A stretch of 43,005 bases of DNA, from assembly GCA_965659955.1 (NCBI GenBank), contig CBFHYA010000004.1:19364-62368 (forward strand), given 5' to 3'. This document shows positions 29,298-36,274 of this stretch, one piece after another. This DNA comes from Candidatus Izemoplasmataceae bacterium (GTDB lineage Bacteria; Bacillota_I; Bacilli_A; Izemoplasmatales; Izemoplasmataceae). Under the pieces are notes generated by a model, which searched no databases, had not been told where the DNA came from, and saw only the letters and a program-made list of their open reading frames with translations. The number at the start of each line of letters is the position of its first letter. The stretch's first letter is position 1. The position numbers were made by a program, and so were the translations under genes.

Positions 29298-29306
29298 CGT
29301 TTCCTC

Positions 29307-29891
29307 CTAAAAGAATGAGAGTCCGGTAAAGCCAATAAAGGCTAAGGATAAAATCCCCATGATGATGAATACAATCCCGCGGCCGGCGAGGCCTCTTGGG
29401 ACGGTGGAATGATTTTCCATTTTTTCGCGAATGGCCGCAATCAAGATAATCGCCAAGGCCCAGCCAATGCCGGCCCCGAGTGAAAAGGTTGCGGTTTCTG
29501 CAAAGTTATAGCTCCGGTTCACAAAGAACTGAGACACGGCTAAGACAACGCAGTTGACCGTGATGAGTGGAAGAAATAATCCAAAGTTGTTGTACATTCT
29601 GGGGGATACTTTTTCAATAAAGATTTCTAAAAACTGAACGGTCGTCGCAATGGTAATGATGAACACTAAAATGGATAACCGCTCGGTTCCAGTCGCTTCT
29701 AACAATAAATAAATGGGGTAATTAATGATCGCGGTTAAAAAGACCACGAAAATAACGGCTAAGCCCATCCCCCGTGCATTTTTTACGTTCGTCGAGATGG
29801 CAATAAGTGGACACATCCCCAAAATAAAGATGAGGGCAATGTTTCTGGAAAGGACCGACTCAATAAAAACTTCAATTAAATTAATCATCAT
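29307..29891 (-). CDS. nqrE: NqrE/RnfA-family membrane subunit
   Basis: 194 aa, 6 TM, with the conserved motifs LGMCPLIA and ITVNCVVLAV (membrane Cys pair). Confidence 0.88.
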   Translation of the reverse strand: MMINLIEVFIESVLSRNIALIFILGMCPLIAISTNVKNARGMGLAVIFVVFLTAIINYPIYLLLEATGTERLSILVFIITIATTVQFLEIFIEKVSPRMYNNFGLFLPLITVNCVVLAVSQFFVNRSYNFAETATFSLGAGIGWALAIILIAAIREKMENHSTVPRGLAGRGIVFIIMGILSLAFIGFTGLSFF

Positions 29892-29898
29892 CTACCCC

Positions 29899-30534
29899 CT
29901 ATTCCGCTGCCACTTCAAAGTTTTGGGCCCATTCACGGACACCCCAAATGATTAATCCAAGCACAAAGAATCCACCGGGGGCTAAGGCCATGACGGTCCA
30001 GTTCACAAAGGTTTCTGGCATCACACGGAAGTTAAGGATGGTGCCAAAGGCTAAGGCTTCACGGATAATCGCAACCGCGATTAAAATCCAGGTGTAGCCT
30101 AAAGAGTTGGCAATCCCATCAAAGAACGTATACTTCATCGGGTTTTTAACGGCAAAGGCTTCAGCGCGTCCCATCACGATACAGTTGGTGACGATTAAGC
30201 CTAAATAAGCGCCGAGCGCAGCAGCAATGACAGGGAAATACGCTTCTAAAAACATTTGTACCATGATGACGAAGGCCGAAATGATGACCATATAGGTAAT
30301 CATGCGGACCCGGGCGGGAATGACTTTACGTACCATGGAGACCACCAAGGAACTGGCAGTGACCACAAACGTCACGGCAAGACCCATAGCAATCGCGTTT
30401 TCCACGCGGTTAGTAACGGCTAAGGCCGAACAAATCCCGAGTACAGCCACGACAATAGGGTTTTCTTTGAATAAGCCATCTTTGGTGATGTTAAACCATT
30501 TTGTGTATTGAATCTTTAACCAAAATTTTCGCAT
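29899..30534 (-). CDS. nqrD: NqrD/RnfE-family membrane subunit
   Basis: 211 aa, 6 TM, with the conserved motifs LGICSALAVT and VTNCIVMGRAEAFA (membrane Cys pair). Confidence 0.88.
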   Translation of the reverse strand: MRKFWLKIQYTKWFNITKDGLFKENPIVVAVLGICSALAVTNRVENAIAMGLAVTFVVTASSLVVSMVRKVIPARVRMITYMVIISAFVIMVQMFLEAYFPVIAAALGAYLGLIVTNCIVMGRAEAFAVKNPMKYTFFDGIANSLGYTWILIAVAIIREALAFGTILNFRVMPETFVNWTVMALAPGGFFVLGLIIWGVREWAQNFEVAAE

Positions 30535-31133
30535 TATTCGCCTCCGAGTGTGGCTTGGTAAGCCGGTATCACTTGTTCATAACTGTCATTCAGAATGGTT
30601 TGAAACGCACTGGATGTCGAAGTCGCTCCGGTAATCGCGTCGACTTGATTGGGTGCGCTTGCCCCTTCTTTTAATACTTCCACGATGGGGTCAAACACGA
30701 CCCCCTCATATTTGGCTAAGTAGGGAAGTTCAACAATCCGGCCCCCAAGGCCCGGTGTTTCTTGTTGGGCGAGGATGCCCACATTTTCGATCGTTCTAAG
30801 GTCTTCATTGAGTGTTAAGACGCCAATAATAGGCCCCCATACACCACCACCTTCGATTTCAAAGCTAATGCTTCCCGTATCGGGGTTGCGGTAGACTGGA
30901 ACATTCACCCCATCGATGGTGAGTTCCACTTTCTCGACATTTTCGGTAAAGGTGTCATAAATATTAGAGGTATTATACTCAATCTCAAACGCATCCAAAA
31001 TCTTCGATTGCAACAACGCTTCTTCGTTGCGCGTGATACGCTCTGAAGTCAAGACGTCCATGCCAATGAGCAAGGTCGATGTGATAACGCCCATCGCAAC
31101 GACAAAACCCATAATTTTTAGAATTCGGTTCAT
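30534..31133 (-). CDS. nqrC: NqrC/RnfG-family subunit (single TM plus FMN_bind domain)
   Basis: 199 aa with an N-terminal TM helix and the covalent-FMN attachment motif VDAITGATSTS near the C-terminus. Confidence 0.8.
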   Translation of the reverse strand: MNRILKIMGFVVAMGVITSTLLIGMDVLTSERITRNEEALLQSKILDAFEIEYNTSNIYDTFTENVEKVELTIDGVNVPVYRNPDTGSISFEIEGGGVWGPIIGVLTLNEDLRTIENVGILAQQETPGLGGRIVELPYLAKYEGVVFDPIVEVLKEGASAPNQVDAITGATSTSSAFQTILNDSYEQVIPAYQATLGGE

Positions 31134-32071
31134 GCCGCTTCCTCCTTACCCGTTAACCACGCATCAATGAGCGCACCCACGGCACTCATAATGATGATGG
31201 CAAAAATGAAGCCTTCAGCAAACGTGGCAAAATAGCGAATGATGAATGTAATAAATGCGACGCCAGCTCCATAAAGCCAAATGGCTTTTTTATTCACCGG
31301 GGCATGGACAGGGTCACTGGCAATGAAAATCGCCCCAAAGAGTAACGAACCCGTAAACACGGAAGGAATCGTTCCCCCGGTCGCGCCAAAGAGTTCGAAA
31401 ATCCCTGCAGTCACAATATAACTTACTAAGATCGATACCGGTAAACGCCAATCGATGACTTTTAAGAATGCCAAAACGGCCCCTAAGCCAATCAACAATA
31501 GTCCAAAGGTTTCTCCGATGTTACCCGGTACAAATCCCAATACTAAATCACTTAAGGAATAAAACGTCGATCCACTCGCATTGATTTGATGCAGCGGCAT
31601 CACAGGCGCTAAAGCATCGAGTGAGCTTTGCGAGAATGGATTAAACCAACCAAATGTTTGGGGATCATACCACCCAAAGATTAAAGCTGGAAACGAGATC
31701 ATTAAAAACATAATCCCAACGGCGGCGGGATGGAAAATGGTTTTTCCGTAACCACCGAATAATTGTTTGGCAAATAAGTTTCCGAACACAACGCCAACGC
31801 CTGCCATCCATAATGGCGCACTAGGAGGTAGCATTAACGCATAAAGTAAAGGAAAGACCAACCAACCTTCGTCGATTTTTTTCTTTTTAGCACGGGCAAA
31901 AACAAAGTCAACCCCCACACTGAGGGTAATGGACAGCCCCGCGATTACTAAAACGTACCAACCAAAAATCAAAAAAGAAGCGCTTAAAACAACGCCTAAG
32001 GCTGCTTCTAAATAAATGAGTTTTTTGCCGGTAATCGCTCGGCTGACAAACGCAGGTTGCGAGTCACTCAT
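31130..32071 (-). CDS. nqrB: NqrB/RnfD-family membrane subunit (RnfD-sized, 313 aa)
   Basis: Polytopic protein with RnfD/NqrB-type blocks (FGGYGKTIFHPAAVG; GETFGLLLIGLG; SDPVHAP). It overlaps nqrC by 4 nt. Confidence 0.8.
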   Translation of the reverse strand: MSDSQPAFVSRAITGKKLIYLEAALGVVLSASFLIFGWYVLVIAGLSITLSVGVDFVFARAKKKKIDEGWLVFPLLYALMLPPSAPLWMAGVGVVFGNLFAKQLFGGYGKTIFHPAAVGIMFLMISFPALIFGWYDPQTFGWFNPFSQSSLDALAPVMPLHQINASGSTFYSLSDLVLGFVPGNIGETFGLLLIGLGAVLAFLKVIDWRLPVSILVSYIVTAGIFELFGATGGTIPSVFTGSLLFGAIFIASDPVHAPVNKKAIWLYGAGVAFITFIIRYFATFAEGFIFAIIIMSAVGALIDAWLTGKEEAA

Positions 32072-32115
32072 GATGTCACCACTTTCTAAATAATATATGT
32101 ATTACATCTTTTAAC

Positions 32116-32124
32116 ATTATAGCA
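32116..32124 (-). promoter_or_regulatory. Extended -10 promoter TGCTATAAT of the nqrBCDEF operon
   Basis: The RC reads TGCTATAAT, about 45 nt upstream of the nqrB ATG. An 11-nt palindrome ATGTAATACAT (32097-32107) lies between the -10 and the RBS. Confidence 0.45.
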
Positions 32125-32182
32125 TAATCCCCCTGACATTTTGTAGGGTTTGAGCGATGAAAGCGCCTTTATTATAAAGTTT

Positions 32183-32992
32183 TTAATCAGCCGAATGGGC
32201 CGTCATAAATCCTTCCGCAAAGTCGATAATTTCACGCATCGAAATCAAACGACTATCGGCTTGTCCAATCAACCCTTTGGTTATTGTGTCTTTCGTTTCA
32301 AACGCACGACCACACCCTTGAAATGTGTCAGTGGAATAGTTGTAATCCCACACGTACCGAGTTTTTGGGCCTTCATTTGAGTTGACATAATAGAGTTCTT
32401 TCTCACTTTTTCTCGTGGCCACTAGACTCTCGGCATAGTGAAGAGCCGTTAGAGTGTCATAGTGTGTCCCAATCATTAATAGTTTGAAATCTGCGTGATA
32501 CATCCGGTGCAGAGGACTCTCTTCATCAAATGCATGCCCCGGGTGATGCGGATGAAGGATCGTCTCGGCGTTTTTCCCCCATGCCGCAAATGCACTTTTA
32601 GGATGCATTGAACGTTTTACGCCTGGATATGTCCGAAAGTATTCGGCCACCCGGCCGATGCTGTAAGCCGGTGTTTTTGAAGGATCATATGCCGGCATAT
32701 GCGCTTTGATTTTTTCAACCCAGTCTGTGGGAACGGGTGGGTTTTCCCAGAGGGCGGGATCGGATAAATTGCCCGTTTGAGAAGGCATCACGAGTGTGCC
32801 TTCTCCGGTTATCACCGCCATTAAGGCTTCAATGAGCGTCCGCTCACCGCCAATAATCCAGCCGATTTTGGCTAAACTCACATGAAACATCACCGAATCT
32901 CCCGGCGATAGCCCCAAGGCTTTTAAGTCTTCTATTAAATCTTCTTTAGATATAGGGGATTTGGTTTTTTCAATGACTTTAAGCTCTCTCAT
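32183..32992 (-). CDS. Aminoglycoside N(3)-acetyltransferase family protein (AAC(3)/YokD-like)
   Basis: 269 aa. The N-terminal block GLSPGDSVMFHVSLAKIGWIIGG...L. and later PSQTGN / HP.HPGHAF segments are characteristic of the AAC(3) antibiotic N-acetyltransferase fold. The start overlaps the ABC-F stop (ATGA). Confidence 0.78.
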   Translation of the reverse strand: MRELKVIEKTKSPISKEDLIEDLKALGLSPGDSVMFHVSLAKIGWIIGGERTLIEALMAVITGEGTLVMPSQTGNLSDPALWENPPVPTDWVEKIKAHMPAYDPSKTPAYSIGRVAEYFRTYPGVKRSMHPKSAFAAWGKNAETILHPHHPGHAFDEESPLHRMYHADFKLLMIGTHYDTLTALHYAESLVATRKSEKELYYVNSNEGPKTRYVWDYNYSTDTFQGCGRAFETKDTITKGLIGQADSRLISMREIIDFAEGFMTAHSAD

Positions 32993-34536
32993 AGACTGGC
33001 TCTTTCAAGTTGAAGTTCGATGGGACAAATGTCTTCATAAAAATCGCGTTCGTGTGAGACGAGAATCAAGGTACCTTCATAGGTAATGAGTGCTTCTTTA
33101 AGGGCTTCTTTAATCGCTACATCCAAATGGTTCGTCGGCTCATCTAAGATAAATACATTACTTTTTACCGGCCAAAGTAACGCCAGGCGCACTTTGGATT
33201 GTTCACCTCCTGAGAGGGTTTTAATGGGTCTTAACGCTTTATCATTGCGGATACCGAACCGAGCGAGCGTCGCGTAGACTTTTTTCCGGTCATACTCTGG
33301 GAACTGGCCTTGAACGATTTGATAGGGATTTAAGGTCGGGTCTAAGTGATGGTCTTGAGAAAAATAATTAATCTGAGCCGTATCAATCCAAGTCACATCT
33401 CCTTCTAACGCGGAGTGTTGATTCATGATGGTCCGGATCAATGTCGTTTTCCCGACGCCATTTTCACCGGTTATCGCCCATTTTTCACCGCGCCGAATGG
33501 TGAGGGTAATGGGTTCAACCAGCGCCGAGTCATACCCGATGGATAGACCTTTAATCACGCTTACTTTTTCACCCGTGGGGGGAGCCATCGGAAAGGAAAA
33601 ATCATAGGTTTTCGCTTTTTCTAAAGGATCAATCCGTTCGAGTTTAGCCAGTTGCTTGCGTCGACTTTGGGCGCGTCTTGTGGTTTTGGCCCGAGCGATA
33701 TTTTTGGCAATGAACTCTTCCGTTTTCACGATGTATTTTTGTTGGGCTTTAAAGGCTTTTTGATGTTGTTCGGCTCTTAAAGCGCGTTCTTTGAGGTAAA
33801 AAGCGTAATCCCCGCGGTAGACTTGAATGGATTTTTGTTCAAGCGCCCAGATGGTCGTGGCGATTTCTTCGGCAATCCGGGATTCATGGGTCACGACGAT
33901 AAAGGCATTGGCCAAGCGTTTTAAATATTTTAACAACCAATCGACTTGGCCTTCATCTAAAAAGTTGGATGGTTCATCCAAGAGCATAATATCGGCATTC
34001 GACAAGAGAATTTCAGAGAGTTTGACTTTCGAGCGCATACCACCCGATAAGGTTCCTATGGTCTGTTCTAAGACAGAAGCCTCCAAACCTAAACCCGTAA
34101 TGACTTTTAAGATTTCGGTTTGGTATTGATAAAACTGAGAATCATTGAGCGTTTCTTGAATCCGACTGGCTTGGGAAATCTTTTTAAGTTGAATGTCTGC
34201 ATCCGCCAGTGCGGCCTCATCATAGAGCTGATGCATCCGTTTTTCTAAATCAAAATATTCTTGGTAAACTCCTGATAAATAATGAATGACCGTTTCATCT
34301 TTCGGCAATTCTAAATGTTGATCCAAGGCTTTAAAGACTTTGTGAGGATGAAAGGTAATTTGACCCGAATCGGGGGTAAGTTGGTGCATTAAAAGCCGGA
34401 CCAGAGTCGATTTACCGGTGCCATTGGGACCGAGTAAAACCACATGCTCACCCGGAAGTAAACGTGCGGTTATGGTTTCAAGGAGCGCAGTCCCATCATA
34501 ATTAAATGTAACGTCTTTCAAATCAATTAAACTCAT
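32989..34536 (-). CDS. ABC-F family ATPase (two tandem ABC domains, no TM domain; a translation factor or ribosome-protection type)
   Basis: 515 aa. Walker A GPNGTGKST and GENGVGKTT, signatures LSGGMRSK and LSGGEQSK, Walker B LLDEP and ILDEP, and a basic helical interdomain linker (...ARAKTTRRAQSRRKQLAKLE...). Confidence 0.88.
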   Translation of the reverse strand: MSLIDLKDVTFNYDGTALLETITARLLPGEHVVLLGPNGTGKSTLVRLLMHQLTPDSGQITFHPHKVFKALDQHLELPKDETVIHYLSGVYQEYFDLEKRMHQLYDEAALADADIQLKKISQASRIQETLNDSQFYQYQTEILKVITGLGLEASVLEQTIGTLSGGMRSKVKLSEILLSNADIMLLDEPSNFLDEGQVDWLLKYLKRLANAFIVVTHESRIAEEIATTIWALEQKSIQVYRGDYAFYLKERALRAEQHQKAFKAQQKYIVKTEEFIAKNIARAKTTRRAQSRRKQLAKLERIDPLEKAKTYDFSFPMAPPTGEKVSVIKGLSIGYDSALVEPITLTIRRGEKWAITGENGVGKTTLIRTIMNQHSALEGDVTWIDTAQINYFSQDHHLDPTLNPYQIVQGQFPEYDRKKVYATLARFGIRNDKALRPIKTLSGGEQSKVRLALLWPVKSNVFILDEPTNHLDVAIKEALKEALITYEGTLILVSHERDFYEDICPIELQLERASL

Positions 34537-34544
34537 CGGGCATT

Positions 34545-34553
34545 ATTATAGCA
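34545..34553 (-). promoter_or_regulatory. Extended -10 promoter TGCTATAAT placed 8 nt from the ABC-F ATG, predicting a leaderless mRNA
   Basis: The RC of 34545-34553 is TGCTATAAT. Only AATGCCCG separates it from the ATG at 34536, and no Shine-Dalgarno is present. Confidence 0.45.
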
Positions 34554-34563
34554 TTCTAAGGCA

Positions 34564-34590
34564 TAAAAAAAACGACCCAAAGGCCGTTTT
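34564..34590 (-). terminator. Rho-independent terminator after the deoxynucleoside kinase gene
   Basis: Stem ACGGCC/GGUCGU (one G-U pair) with a 4-nt loop, followed by a U8 run on the minus strand. Confidence 0.6.
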
Positions 34591-34595
34591 TAAGT

Positions 34596-35195
34596 CTATT
34601 TATTAAGTGCTTTGATATGGGATAATGCCACTTCCATCACGGTTTTATCATCTTGATTGGCATCGATGATGGCATAGGGCACATCGTGAATGAGGCACTG
34701 GGCCTCTAAGAGTTTGACATAATCTTTGAGTAATGTTTTGAAGTATGGAATGTTGGCGTCAAAATTATCGATTTCTTGCTGACGCCCACGTTTTTTTAAC
34801 CGATCTTCAAATGTCTCCCAGCTGACATCTAATATGATGTATAAATCGATCGCTTTAACGTCGTTCATGTAGGCACTGAAAACGCCATTATAAAAGTTCT
34901 TTATGGTTTTATCTTGGATGTTTTTTTGAGCAAACAACCAGTGTTCAATCATGTGCCGGTCGATGATCACGTTGTCATCATAGGTTTTTTGGGTTTTCCA
35001 ATGTTTGTGAAGGAAATATATTTGCAAAAGCATCTCCACATCATCCATGCCTTCATACAACCACTTAAGTAAGGTATTAAAGACTGGGTCTTCTTTCGCA
35101 AATTCATCCATAAATGGCACATCTAAAGCAGCGCCAAGTTTTCTTACTAAGGTACTTTTTCCTGAGGCAATCATACCTCCAATGGCTACGCGCAT
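34596..35195 (-). CDS. Deoxynucleoside kinase (dAK/dGK/dCK family)
   Basis: 199 aa with P-loop GGMIASGKST, the ERS/DR-type motif IIDRHMIE and the LID-region RLKKRGRQQE. Confidence 0.85.
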   Translation of the reverse strand: MRVAIGGMIASGKSTLVRKLGAALDVPFMDEFAKEDPVFNTLLKWLYEGMDDVEMLLQIYFLHKHWKTQKTYDDNVIIDRHMIEHWLFAQKNIQDKTIKNFYNGVFSAYMNDVKAIDLYIILDVSWETFEDRLKKRGRQQEIDNFDANIPYFKTLLKDYVKLLEAQCLIHDVPYAIIDANQDDKTVMEVALSHIKALNK

Positions 35196-35227
35196 CGGTT
35201 CACTCCTTGAATTTTTTCGTCTTTTCT

Positions 35228-35236
35228 ATCATATCA
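35228..35236 (-). promoter_or_regulatory. Extended -10 element TGATATGAT upstream of the deoxynucleoside kinase gene
   Basis: The RC reads TGATATGAT, about 30 nt upstream of the AAGGAG RBS and ATG. Confidence 0.35.
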
Positions 35237-35263
35237 CTTTTAGCGGTTTTAATCAGAAAAAAT

Positions 35264-35292
35264 CCAAAAAAAAACCAACCTCGAAAGGTCGG
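35264..35292 (-). terminator. Rho-independent terminator of the rhodopsin gene
   Basis: Minus-strand stem CCGACC/GGUUGG (one G-U pair) with a 6-nt loop, followed by a U10 run, about 22 nt after the stop codon. Confidence 0.6.
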
Positions 35293-35314
35293 TTTTTTAA
35301 ACAAAATTTTAAAT

Positions 35315-36118
35315 TTACGCTTCCACGTAACCTTGTTCTTCAGAGAGCCATGTGGATGAAACATTAAGCATAACTCCATAGAAGATTTTGGAAGTAACGT
35401 CGGCGATGGTGTAAAGCACTTGCTGTGCGACAATCGCTAAAGCGGCAACTTCGGAAGCTGAGCCACCGAATAAAGGCATAATGTACGCCACTGGATAAAT
35501 GGTCCATGAGACATAGAATAAAGGTAAGATGGCGGCGAAGAGTGGTTCTGCTTTGCTGCCTTTCATGTTGGCACGGCCTTCTTTGATAACTTGTGTGATA
35601 AGAACTAATACCCAAATGTAGAAGAGGGTTGAAATAACACCCCATACGATCCACATAGTGATATCAGTTTCAGCGCCACGACCTGGTTCATAGAACTGAC
35701 CAATATAACCAGTAATGATCATGAGTGATCCACTGGCAGTAAAGCGCACTAAATATTTCTTAAATGCGGCACCCGCAATTCCAGCTACGAAAAGAATTTG
35801 GATGAGAAGATGAGGGACATCAATCAACCAGTTCAGGTAACGGAAACCGTTGGTGAAAGTACTTTCGCCAGAAGCGACGTATTGGCCGCCTTCTAGGACG
35901 AATGCATCAGCCCAACTTTGGGATTGTAAGAATAAGAGTAAGAACGCTGATACCATAACGACACCACTAAGTACACTCGATGGGCGATATTTAGGTGCGT
36001 TATTTTTGATGGTTAATACGAAATAAAGAAGTGCTGCACCCATAGCAGCAAATCCAAAGGTTAAAACATGTTGCACAACTTCAAATTGCCATACTGCTAA
36101 GCTGCTTAAACCTGTCAT
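35315..36118 (-). CDS. Microbial (type-1) rhodopsin with the NDQ motif, a predicted light-driven Na+ pump (NaR/KR2-like)
   Basis: 7-TM protein. Helix C reads FRYLNWLIDVPHLLIQILFV, giving N, D and Q at the three functional positions. Helix G reads YTIADVTSKIFYGV, with the retinal Schiff-base Lys and counterion Asp. Long identities to KR2 as recalled: LLYF.LTIKN, VVMVSAFLLL, MIITGYIGQFYE. The AAGGAGG RBS is 4 nt before the ATG at 36118, and the ORF-track start at 36169 has no RBS. Confidence 0.93.
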   Translation of the reverse strand: MTGLSSLAVWQFEVVQHVLTFGFAAMGAALLYFVLTIKNNAPKYRPSSVLSGVVMVSAFLLLFLQSQSWADAFVLEGGQYVASGESTFTNGFRYLNWLIDVPHLLIQILFVAGIAGAAFKKYLVRFTASGSLMIITGYIGQFYEPGRGAETDITMWIVWGVISTLFYIWVLVLITQVIKEGRANMKGSKAEPLFAAILPLFYVSWTIYPVAYIMPLFGGSASEVAALAIVAQQVLYTIADVTSKIFYGVMLNVSSTWLSEEQGYVEA

Positions 36119-36152
36119 TTGTTCCTCCTTGATATAATATAAAGATACATTT

Positions 36153-36181
36153 ATTGTACTCCTATCCATTAAACATTACAA
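36153..36181 (-). promoter_or_regulatory. Sigma-A-type promoter of the rhodopsin gene (TTGTAA - 17 nt - TACAAT)
   Basis: The RC of 36176-36181 is TTGTAA and the RC of 36153-36158 is TACAAT, with exact 17-nt spacing. This predicts a leader of about 28 nt. Confidence 0.5.
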
Positions 36182-36232
36182 ATAGAAACGCTTACAAATT
36201 TTGAAACAAAAAAATATTTTAGGCATATTGCA

Positions 36233-36260
36233 CAAAAAAAAGCATACCGTTTGGTATGCT
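36233..36260 (-). terminator. Rho-independent terminator after the lipoprotein gene, insulating the rhodopsin gene
   Basis: 8-bp stem AGCATACC/GGTATGCT with a 4-nt loop, flanked by A8 on the plus strand (T8 on the minus strand) and T5. Confidence 0.7.
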
Positions 36261-36274
36261 TTTTAAACTATTTA

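Noticed and set aside
32072-32182. Possible remnant of nqrA, or a small ORF, between the AAC(3) gene and nqrB.
   Set aside because: The spacer is only 111 nt and contains a good extended -10 promoter and RBS. No reading frame there has similarity to the NqrA/RnfC ends that I can recognise.
32183-34536. The ABC-F plus AAC(3) pair as an acquired antibiotic-resistance island.
   Set aside because: No IS elements, integrase, inverted repeats or obvious compositional break flank the pair. The ABC-F linker is short (housekeeping-like). It is kept only as a lower-interest finding.
36119-36169. Upstream extension of the rhodopsin ORF (MDRSTINVSLYYIKEEQ...).
   Set aside because: There is no RBS before the ATG at 36169. 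The extension covers the predicted -10 box and the real AAGGAGG Shine-Dalgarno. The ATG at 36118 gives an N-terminus collinear with known NaRs.
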